DNA of 64,000 bases from Botryllus schlosseri (Eukaryota). Positions 1 to 9,248 of this stretch are shown one piece after another (within the stretch, counting starts at the first letter, position 1; the number at the start of each line of letters is the position of its first letter). The stretch spans positions 21,576,001 to 21,640,000 of the forward strand of contig CM119372.1 of the NCBI GenBank assembly GCA_051294905.1, in the 5' to 3' direction. Both the position numbers and the translations under genes were made by a program. The notes under the pieces are model-generated. The model made no database searches. It was not told the origin of the DNA and saw only the letters and a list, made by a program, of their open reading frames with translations.

Positions 1-14
1 ATCCGCGGACCTAG

Positions 15-128
15 GAGAACACGCCGACGAACACAGTGCCATACTTTGGTGACCCCGACGTGCTGCGCGATCCCTTGGCTCAGCTGTATTTGGAATGTCT
101 TCTTAACGACGACAAAGACAAGCGATGA
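15..128 (+). CDS. Possible terminal coding exon of a gene lying left of the window (ENTPTNTVPYFGDPDVLRDPLAQLYLECLLNDDKDKR*)
   Basis: AG at 13-14 followed by a GC3-rich open frame ending in TGA TAG. No family recognised and the acceptor context is weak. Confidence 0.25.
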   Translation, partial: ENTPTNTVPYFGDPDVLRDPLAQLYLECLLNDDKDKR

Positions 129-993
129 TAGTACCAGCTCAGCGAACTTCCAAAGTGCCAACTCGATGTCCACACTGTCAGATGTTGTCATATTAGTCGG
201 TCGGAATCAGAGCTGTTTTGCAAGAAATTATTAGTATTGCATCTGCCGCAGGTGTTTCCAGCCCATGGCCCGCGAGATATGGTTTTGTGTGGCCCATGCG
301 ATATTTTTCGAAATGCCACTGGTCGCGTAATTTATGGCGAAATTATCATTTATTGTTTTCTTTATATGTCTATTACTCTATAGCAGTGGTTTTCAACCTG
401 ATCGGGTAAATCTTATTGCTTCACAGTGCACATTGCTGTGCATTGCATTTCCACATCGAAACTTCCACATCGTAACTTCCACATCGTTATTTCCACATAA
501 TCGCACTCCTGCTTCAAGAGTCATTCGGTCGGTGATATTTTTGGCTTTACTTCAGTGAAAAACATCTGACATCAGAGACTCGCGCGAAACACAATTAGCA
601 ATGAATTTCGTCCTGCACTATGCAGTAGGGCTGTTAAAAAAATTTTCTCCAAATCTTGCTTGCAAGGTGATAAGCTGATGACACAGATTATCTGCTGGAA
701 ATTAGTCGACTTCATTGAAATAGCTACGTTAAAAGGATGGTGAGATAATTTTCAAATAGAATACTTTGTACTCTCAAATCAACGACCACGAAAAGGAAAT
801 AAACTGACAAGCAGGTAAAATACGGGTAAATATATATTTCTCAAGTGATACTCAATATAGGCCTATCTAGAAGAACGTTTTGTCGGACCAATGTAGATTT
901 CATCAAAATTTAAACGAAGTTTGTGACCGTATTTTTCACAATGCATTATGATATTATGATATCATATTATTCGCTTTACAGCACTCCTATAAG

Positions 994-2336
994 CAGGGTT
1001 TCCATACCGTCCTTATTTCTAAGATTTGTCCTCATTTTGGAGGGCCACGTCTTAGAAAACTCAACCGTCCTTATTTCTAAGAAATGTCCTTATTTTCGAC
1101 TTGGCGTCCTTCTTTTGTCTTATTTTCGACAACTACAGAGCTTCGATCATTTCCCTCTGGTATCTGTGTTGCAAAGTATTCTAAAATTATGGTTATGCGT
1201 CGAGATTTTTTGACATCATGAATGAAAGGAACTTCCGCGGCGTACGCACCACTTGATTTGACTTCGAAGTAGTACAATAGCTTAGCTAGGGCAGTGAGTG
1301 GTGTGGCAGTTTCGGCTGTACCAAGCTATCGCAGCGGACGTCATTTTAGTAGTAAACAGCAGTACCCGGCTTCTGCTGTTTAGTATAAAGCAGAATAAGC
1401 TGTAGGGAAGGCATGATTTATTGCGTACTGAAAAAAGGCGTCGACACTTGGGTTAAAAAGTAAAGCTATAAATCATTGATCAATTTATCTAAATTAGTGT
1501 TAGCTACTAATGAGGCTAAATCTGGTAGTTAAAATGAGCAGGTGTAAAAATGTTCTTCGTGACGATTATGAGAGAGAATTTAAAGGTATCAAATGAAGCT
1601 TGAAGGGCGAGTGCTTCGCACATTGCAATATCTGCAATTGCGACATTCACCTGGAGCTGGAGACCACAGGAAAGTCCGGTATTTCAACTCATATTGATAC
1701 CCCAAAACACAAAAAGTGTGTCATATTGATTAATTCGAGTCAGTCGATGAATAATTTTTTCACAAGTCGATCAGCACCAACGACCACAGACTACAAGGCT
1801 GAGGGTATCTGGGCATTCCATACTGCGAACACCAGCAATCATTCAGCACCAACTGTTGCACATCGAAATTGTTCAAAGCAATATTCCCCCATTCCAACAT
1901 CGCAAATAAGTTTGCTTCGGGCAGGACCTAGACTACAAGCATTGTTACTGGAGTTCTTGCTCCACGCTTAAAAAATGATTTTGTCTAAACTTGATGTACA
2001 GCTTTTTTCCATATTGGTTGACGCCTCTAATCACAACGAGGTGAAAAAGTTTGGTCTATCACTCCATGAGGGAGGGGGGCAAGACCAACGTGTTTTTTTG
2101 GGGGGGGGGGCTGACGAAGTGCTGTTTCGGTCCCGAGTAAAAATAAACCTAGACATGAGCTGTCGTGAGATCCATGAAGCACTTTATACTAACAAGGAGT
2201 TGCTGGAGCAGGTTGTTTCTGGAATGTGATATGCCACGGCTCGTATAAACACAACGGATATGTACAAAAACGCATTTAATGCTAATCGAACTTTTCGACT
2301 GTCCTTATTTTTGGGTCCATGTTGGTGGCAACCTTG
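994..2336 (+). mobile_element. hAT (Blackjack-like) DNA transposon, internally deleted, with degenerate transposase
   Basis: TIRs CAGGGTTTCCA / TGGCAACCTTG; perfect 8-bp TSD CCTATAAG (986-993, 2337-2344); subterminal GTCCTTATTT repeats. Transposase remnants at 1600-2060: zinc finger CNICNCDI...HIDTPKHK, AEGIWAFHTA, and FSILVDASNH (first catalytic Asp region). Confidence 0.9.
2048..2134 (-). mobile_element. Terminal fragment of the CAGGACCGTAAC hAT family nested in the transposase remnant
   Basis: GGTCTATCACTC...CAAGACCAACG...GGCTGACGAAGTGCTGTTTCGGTCCCG matches the ends at 17458-17540 and 63330-63382. Confidence 0.75.
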
Positions 2337-2731
2337 CCTATAAGCCTCTCGCAATCGAATTGTGACGTTTTATATTTTCAGTGGAATTACATTATCCTTC
2401 ATTATATGTAGTGAACTCGGCTCATGTATCGAAAGGATGCTTGACGAATCTCCTCTTCGGTTCATTGTAATCATCACAATTTTTCCTCCAATCAAAAGTC
2501 ATTGTATTTGTTATGTTATGTTATTGTCATTTCACGTCTTTCGCGATATTCGGTGACAACCATCTAATTGCCTTCATCCACCCTAGTAGAGCGACGATGC
2601 TTTTAATTATACTTTGACCAGGGGTTTGAGGTGATATTGAAAGACACCCTCATGACTATAATGTGCTTTATAAAGTTGGTGAGTTACCATTTGGTTTTCT
2701 TGAGGCTTGCAAAGTTTTCGAGCATATAAAG

Positions 2732-2782
2732 CAGGGGCGTCCAACCCGTGGCCCGCGAGAAGGTTTCTAGTGGCCACCCCTC
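2732..2782 (+). mobile_element. 51-bp minimal hAT (Buster/Charlie-type) MITE
   Basis: CAGGGGCGTCCA ... TGGCCACCCCTC imperfect TIRs; perfect TSD ATATAAAG (2724-2731, 2783-2790). Confidence 0.75.
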
Positions 2783-3327
2783 ATATAAAGCATAGTATCA
2801 ACAGTTATGTGAAGTAACATAAATGCAGTTCTAACACCGTATGTAGCCTGTAGGCTCGCAGTTCAAAGTAGACGGTGACTAGACGGGTCTGGGACTGGCT
2901 GCGAGCATAATTCATGTTATGTTGAAGTTGCTGTGCCCTATCCCAGTTATGTCGGGCATACCGATGTCTCTCAGTCTATATTCAGAGTTTTTACTGATTG
3001 CATAGTTGCCATTCTCAAAGTCTCATCCACAGAGACATCAATTGTATCCTTCAACAGCCCAGCGTTCGAATATTTCTCTGCTATTATTATTGAAAGATCC
3101 AGGGCGTCAAAAATGGTGCCGATTGCAATTGGGAATGAGATACGCCAATGATTGAATTGAAAAAGCATTTCTGGTACTTCACATAAGCGTTGATACCAGA
3201 GATTTTTATGAGCTTGAAACTTTGTGAGCTTCAGGGTAACCAAATGGTAACCCACTGAGCTTATAAAGCACATTAGTCATTTGCTCGTCTTTCAATATCA
3301 CATGAAACCATACTGGTACAAACTGAA

Positions 3328-3542
3328 CATTTGGTTGGTTGATGGTCAACTAACTAACGATTTTTGAGTAGTTCTAGTTCTAGTTGCTGATTTTGAAAAT
3401 TGAGTAGTTCCAGTTCTAGTTGTAGTTGCGGATTTCTAAAACAGAGTAGTTCTAGTTCTAATTGTAGTTGCAGATTTTGAAAATTCAGTAGTTATAGTTA
3501 TAGTTGCACATTTGAAAACAAATATTAGTTGCCGAACAACTA
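3328..3542. repeat. Hairpin-headed interspersed element with internal (TAGTTC)n/GCGGATTTTGAAAATT minisatellite, copy 1
   Basis: Shares the head CATTT(A/G)GTT(A/G)GTTGATGGTCAACTAACTAACG and the repeat units with 4788-5085. Confidence 0.75.
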
Positions 3543-4324
3543 GAAAACGCGTGTCGTGGTTTTGGGCGAATTGGGATGCCGTTATTCTGTTGAATGATGC
3601 ATGTGCACTGTGCAGCCATTGCACGCTCAGAGCCATCACTTCTAACAGCGGCGTATTAGCCAGCGGGAGGCTTTTTGAGGTCGGAATCTCTCCCATTTCA
3701 AACTCGAAGCCCCGTTCTTTTCAAATGTCGATTCACTATCTGATATTTCGGATAAAATAGAAATTAATATTTTGACTAGGAGAATGAAATCCAGTTCTGT
3801 ACGGTTCTAAACCTTTGCTGACTTGGGAACCGCTACGTCACAGAAGGGAAACTATTTTCTGAGAATGACAGGCAGGAAATACGTTGGCTAGCTAAGTCAA
3901 AAGTTTTCACTATATTCGGTGGTGTATGTATTTCTAATAATTTGTGAATTGAAAGCAATGGATTACGTGGTTGATACAAGCTTCTGGGTGGCTGTGTTAC
4001 TATTACGCAATTAATAATTTGGAGTCGCACGTAATTATTCAAAACGATGGTAAACAAGAAACATTGTTAACTCTTTTTGATCACACCAACCCATAGACAC
4101 GTCCTTCTAAAGGACACTAAAATGTATGGGATGTTACAGCTTGGTCACTATCCCGAGCGGTGTGCAGCTTATCGGTAAAATCGTTCTGTTGATTCGTAAT
4201 TTCGCTGGCAGATTTTCCGAATTCGTCTTCTCGCAGCATCAGCCGAGTGAATGCGTGCTTATGTCATAATCCCGACTTAAATTAACCTACATTATATCGA
4301 CTTTATCTTGAATATAGAATACGC

Positions 4325-4605
4325 CAGGGATCGGCTACCCCTAGCGCACGTGTCAAAAGTGGCACGCGAGGATGATTTTTGATGGCACGCTGAATGATTT
4401 GATGTGCATTAAAATAATCATGTTTCTTGCAAAAAGTGAAACAAAAGTTTTCAAAATCGAAAAAGCTTGAAACTGAATCCAAATCATTTCGTAAATCAAT
4501 ATGAAGCAGGGTCTTTTGGGACAGATTTTATTTTTCTTCAAAATTTCTCCGCACTTCCCACGAATAGTGTGTATTTGGCCCGCGGCCGTAAAATGCCCAG
4601 GTCTG
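4325..4605 (+). mobile_element. Degenerate hAT/Charlie-type MITE
   Basis: CAGGGATCGGCTACC...GTGTCAAAAGTGGCACGCG head and TGGCCCGCGGCC...GCCCAGGTCTG tail; no TSD recovered. Confidence 0.5.
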
Positions 4606-4787
4606 TCCTATGCTAATCTACAAGTCTTCGGAGAACGCCTGATTTTCAGTGAGTCACAAAACAAAAGTCTATCACATGTGTTCATACCATATGTGTTACA
4701 GCAATCTGTAGGACTACCAGTAAAGCTACTCGGGCAGACCCATGATTTATAGGCTATATATCATTAGGCAGACTTGTAATAACTACC

Positions 4788-5085
4788 CATTTAGTTAGTT
4801 GATGGTCAACTAACTAACGGTTTTTTGAGTAGTTCTAGTTCTAGTTGCTGATTTTGAAAATTGGGTAGTTGCAGATCTAGTTTTAGTTGCGGATTTTGAA
4901 AATTGACTACTTCTAGTTCTAGTTGCGGATTTTGAAAATTGGGTAGTTCTAGTTCTAGTTGTAGTTGCGGATTTTGAAAATCGGGTAGTTCTAGTTCTAG
5001 TTCTAGTTGCGAGTTTTAAAAATTGAGTAGTTTTAGTTCTAGTTCTAGTTCTAGTTGCGCTTTTTAAAAATCCAGTAGTTGTACA
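4788..5085. repeat. Hairpin-headed minisatellite element, copy 2
   Basis: Perfect 12-bp stem TTAGTTAGTTGA-tgg-TCAACTAACTAA (4791-4817), then about 7 units of TAGTTCTAGTT..GCGGATTTTGAAAATT. Confidence 0.8.
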
Positions 5086-5172
5086 AATCGGCCTAAAACA
5101 CTTCTTGTCAAATAATATTAAATAGTATTGGCGTTCTATCACGATAAATGGAGACTATTATATGGTATTTAC

Positions 5173-5744
5173 TAGGGATGGTGTGAACCTCTGAAAGGTT
5201 CAGGTTCGTGTGAACGCGAAGCGTTTTGAAATGTTCTGTGTGAACGCGAACGTGAACCTCATGACATCACGTGACGTCATATTGCTAATTCCTACCCTAA
5301 ATTTCAGTGAAGTGATGTATTAATGTACACGATACCTAGTAGCGACTCGGGTGACAAAATGTCACAATTCTGAAGTAGATGCTGGCTTTCTAAGCGTCGC
5401 CAAATGTATCAACTGGGGCAGTCGAATGATAAAATAATCCCGTAAAATCAATATCTTCCGTCGCTTTGCCAACGATTTCGACGAGGACTTGCAAAGGAAT
5501 ATAAGCTTACGCCTTAACGGTCTATATGTCAGACCGGACAATGTATTCAGAGTCTGAGTGTTGCTACGTTGATATTGAGCAGAGTGTAAAACGGAAATCT
5601 ATACTAACCCGCAGTTGAAATGTAGTAAATTTCAACCAAAGATGTTGTAATGAAGTGAAAATTGTAATATATGAAAAAGGTTCGCAGTGCAGAACCTACC
5701 AAGGTTCGTTTGTGAACGTGAACCTCACGTTCACTCCACCCCTA
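5173..5744 (+). mobile_element. hAT (Ac-like) MITE, TAGGGATGGTGTGAAC family, internally deleted copy
   Basis: Colinear inverted homolog of 21967-22822; GTGAAC subterminal repeats; right end GTTCACTCCACCCCTA; TSD not conserved. Confidence 0.85.
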
Positions 5745-5749
5745 ATATA

Positions 5750-7016
5750 CAGAGGTGGTCAGTAACGAAGTACTTCTACTTTTTGGAAGTACTCAAGTAG
5801 TTTTCATCTACTTCTGGTACTTACTCAAGTAGATCTGATTTTCTCTACTTCTACTTCGTAATATTTTGTGATCTACTTACTTACTTTTCGCTATTTTCAG
5901 TTTGTCAAGTAGAAGTAGTTTAATCCCCCAATAAAGCCTGAGCCTGAGGAATTTCGGGGCTGTTTTCACTGAGTACCAACATTTAATATTCATAAAAGTC
6001 AAGTAAAGCTCAGAAATTTTGTTGCGCTTCGTGCACAGTAGTTATGAAGTGACAAATAAGTTTTCACGAGAGTATCAGTGAATATAATATAGGTACCGGA
6101 TTGCTTTGTTCTGCTCACATCGCATTGTCGCCCATATCAAATATTTTATCACAGTAAATATGGCCCACCATAACGTTTGAAACTACCGTTTCGCAATCTA
6201 GCAATCACCTATCATTTCGTAATCTAGGAGCCCATGACGTGTCCTGCTAATCTGGAAAATCCGGCTTTTTTGAACGTTACACCTGTTTTAGCAGATCACC
6301 TTTGAAGCTTTATGGACAAAAGACATGAAATATGTTTTCCGCTTTTTAGAAGTGGTATTTGTATTTCACATTCAATTCCAAGTATCATACTTCGAGTTCT
6401 AATTGCTTCCAGTGCTTTTGTCTGCAGAATATACATGTTGAAGCATAAAAACAAGTGACGCTATTTTCCGAAAATAAAACTACATTAAATATAACTTTTA
6501 CGATCCACAATACCTGTTATCAACGTACACTAATCGTGCAAAGTGTTTGAACCGTATCCTATACAACTTATCCGTATTGCTCTTGGCCTAAACTGGGGGC
6601 CTTATCATGTTGGGTAGGGCGCCATGCCATGATATTCTCTAACACGGGGTCTTCTAGGAAACAAAGGGTCAATATCGCATTTTCCTATCAATACTATAAT
6701 TTGCATCCCAAAATACGAAAGAATGCTTATTCTGTCGAAAATTTATGCCTCCTGGGATGCATCAATACGAATCAAGCTCTCTGCACCTTCCGCATAGCTC
6801 CATTTGCAGCTTTTGACAGTCCATGCGAATGAATTAAGACTGTTTTCAAAACTACTTAGTTACTTGGGTAGATTTAAAGTCAGTCAATTCTACTTCTAAT
6901 TCAAGTAGTTTTAGGTGACTCATGGAAGAAGTACTTCTACTCTTACTTGAGTAGATTTGTAATCGCTACTTCTACTTCTACTTGAGTAGCTTTCTTGACT
7001 ACTTTGACCACCTCTG
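5750..7016 (+). mobile_element. Non-autonomous hAT, CAGAGGTGGTC family (AGTAG/CTACT-rich ends)
   Basis: TIR CAGAGGTGGTCA / TGACCACCTCTG; perfect TSD CTAATATA (5742-5749, 7017-7024), overlapping the end of the previous element. Confidence 0.9.
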
Positions 7017-7209
7017 CTAATATACACCCTCGGAACTTTGAATTATCTGTTACATCGCCAGGGTTTTATTACCCTCTGGCTCACACAAGTGACGCAAGTC
7101 GAACAATATTTTCTTTTCATGATATAATGTAACATGCAACACCCAATTTGCGCTCGAAACCATTTATTATCCGGAAACCGAACCACTTAAGTTGTGTAAG
7201 TAGACAAAC

Positions 7210-7459
7210 CTACCTGAATACTTCTACGAAACGAACGTAGCCTTTTGTTACCGACTGCGTCGGTGGTACAGCATGCGAACCATGGTACGGACTTACCTGT
7301 CGCAACATCCAACATGAGACTCGATACGTCGTTATTGATCAAATGACATGAATGATTCACGAGCGAGTGATGTACGACCGATTTCAGCGCCGGCATGTCC
7401 TCATCGTAATTCTGAACCTGGTCAGTGTCGGCCTGAATCGAAGTTCCACTTAGGACTAG
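7210..7459 (-). CDS. Two putative 3' exons (7459-7297 and 7223-7210) of an unidentified small gene: LVLSGTSIQADTDQVQNYDEDMPALKSVVHHSLVNHSCHLINNDVSSLMLDVAT-EVFR*
   Basis: TTTTTAG acceptor, CAG|GTAAGT donor, 73-nt intron with CGTTTCGTAG acceptor, consistent phase, AATAAA at 7168-7163. No 5' exon found. Confidence 0.35.
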
Positions 7460-7726
7460 CTAAAAATCTGCCATGCGATTGAAAACATTAATTCGGAGTC
7501 TCATTAGCGATTCGCTGAAAATTGCGCTTGGGAGTAGTATGAGAGCTTTACTGAGCCACGAAACTGCATTTCGTCGTTTAATGCTCGCGCTCAATCATTG
7601 AATCACTTTAAACATAATCAGGTATCAAGTGGAGGTGGAGGGACCATGTTTCTGACGTGAATGGGGTGATTTCGCTGAATTTTGACGTACGTCGGAGGAT
7701 GAGATGAACATCACCGACAGACTTTC

Positions 7727-7800
7727 CTAGAGTTGTAACCAAGTCACAACGTTACTAGTCACGATTCAATGTTACTTTTAGAGTTTTGACTCGGGTCTAG
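7727..7800 (+). mobile_element. Truncated left end of the CAGGGTTGTAA MITE family
   Basis: TAGAGTTGTAACCAAGTCACAACGTTAC...TTTTAGAGTTTTGACTCG matches 61273-61340. Confidence 0.7.
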
Positions 7801-7854
7801 TAGAGTGATTTTAAATCTAAGTCATAGTGGGGGAACAGAGGATCGGTTCTAAGT

Positions 7855-7975
7855 ATGGCTGAGGAGTCGGTAAATTTTACCAATAACTCCAGCACCGACT
7901 TCAACTCCAGACATTTTCAATATACAGACTCCAACTCCGGTTCCGACTCCAGAGTCCAGACAACTCCAGACAACC
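7855..7975. repeat. GACTCC-rich MITE remnant
   Basis: Repeated ACTCCAG/GACTCC motifs typical of MITE subtermini; ends not resolved. Confidence 0.45.
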
Positions 7976-8039
7976 TTTGTGATAAAATCTCTGATGCATG
8001 CAGCGCAGAAGGATGTGCTGCATGGGAAAAATCAAAGCC

Positions 8040-8295
8040 ACATAAATCTATATCAATACACGCGCCGATGTGGTATAGCCGGTACGTATAGGCCACACAT
8101 CTCAGCATTTGAAGCAAATAATTTGTCAGTATTTCCCACGGCAAATTAAAAGAAAGTCAAATGCTTCTTTAACTTCATCGTCGCATTCTATTGACACACC
8201 ACGTGATTATGATCAAGCTACCGCTTGCAAATTGGCTATTAGACAACATCTTTTATGCCATCCTGAATGTGCTACCTTATATCACGCCTTATAAT
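8040..8295 (+). mobile_element. Penelope-like retroelement GIY-YIG endonuclease remnant (frameshifted)
   Basis: Joined frames read NLYQYTRRCG..SRYV(G)HTSQHLKQII..FPRQI...LAIRQHLLCHPECATLY, matching the PLE pattern IYQ.TC.C...YVG.TSQ.L..RI..H.P...AI..HLL..PECA..Y (recognised from memory). Confidence 0.7.
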
Positions 8296-9028
8296 TCCAT
8301 ACTTCATGTCGTATACCCCCTGGCGTAGACAGCTGAAAGTCCCATTTGTAAATTAGCTATTCCGGAGGTGGTATACACTTAAGTAAATCATGAATTGCCG
8401 TGTGATGAAATCGCGTGGACCTCGATATAAATATTCAAATTGAAAATATGTGTAATAAAGTAATCTATTATATGCTTATTTGCGAAATAATTTTTTCCAA
8501 ACCATCGGCATGGCCCCTAACTGGGAGGCTTGGGATATTTAACCCATATTTCCGGCTCTATACCACAACGCTATACCCGTGATCACTACCAGAAGCATTG
8601 CACTGATACATGGCAACAAAATTAGTATCGCAACATGAAATGCTACAAGATCGTTTGTTTATTTCGTCATGAAATTGGTCTCTCAGTTAACATAAAATGA
8701 AAAGTATAGTCGGTCCTTAAGATAGAATATTACAAGTCGCTTCGACTCCGAATCCTTTCAGAGTATTGCAATTCTTGTGGTATCTTGAATCGATAAAAGT
8801 GGAAAAAATATATGATGACGAAGCGTGTATCAATCTATTGCATGAAGTATGCGTTAACAGAATGGTCGAAAATATTTCAATCACCGCGCACCAAGTAAAA
8901 GACGTGAGATTTGATAATTTTACTCCAGGTCACATTAATTGCGCAAATGCATATGTGGCGTAACGACTTAGTTGGTTATAACAGCGATAAGGTAAGTGTT
9001 TTGCCAAGCATATAAAGAAATTACCATT

Positions 9029-9248
9029 TTATTCGAAAATGAAATGCATGACCAATATTAAAGACATAAATAAAGTTATATGGAACGAGTTGCGGCTGCT
9101 CAATGGCGTAGCAGAACCAGGGGTCGGTTTGACACCATGGGTATTTGCTTCATCTCCTCTTGTCCCCGTCTTTCGCATTGCCGTGACTGAGCCAATCAAT
9201 TTGTGAGTGTTGCAAACGTCCTCGTTGCAGGTAACGTACCGACACGAC
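9029..9248 (-). CDS. Ly6/uPAR-like gene exon 3 (C..C....CN motif, linker, GPI-like signal)
   Basis: Acceptor CCTCAAC-AATATTTTCTATCATTAG with phase 2 matching the donor; stop TAA overlaps AATAAA. Confidence 0.75.

Noticed and set aside
4810-5142. 110-aa T/R-rich ORF (also 3436-3696)
   Set aside because: Translation of the TAGTTC minisatellite.
9101-9189. CAATGGCGTAGC... segment as a small MITE
   Set aside because: No TSD or good second TIR; it is in frame within exon 3 as the linker before the GPI-like signal.
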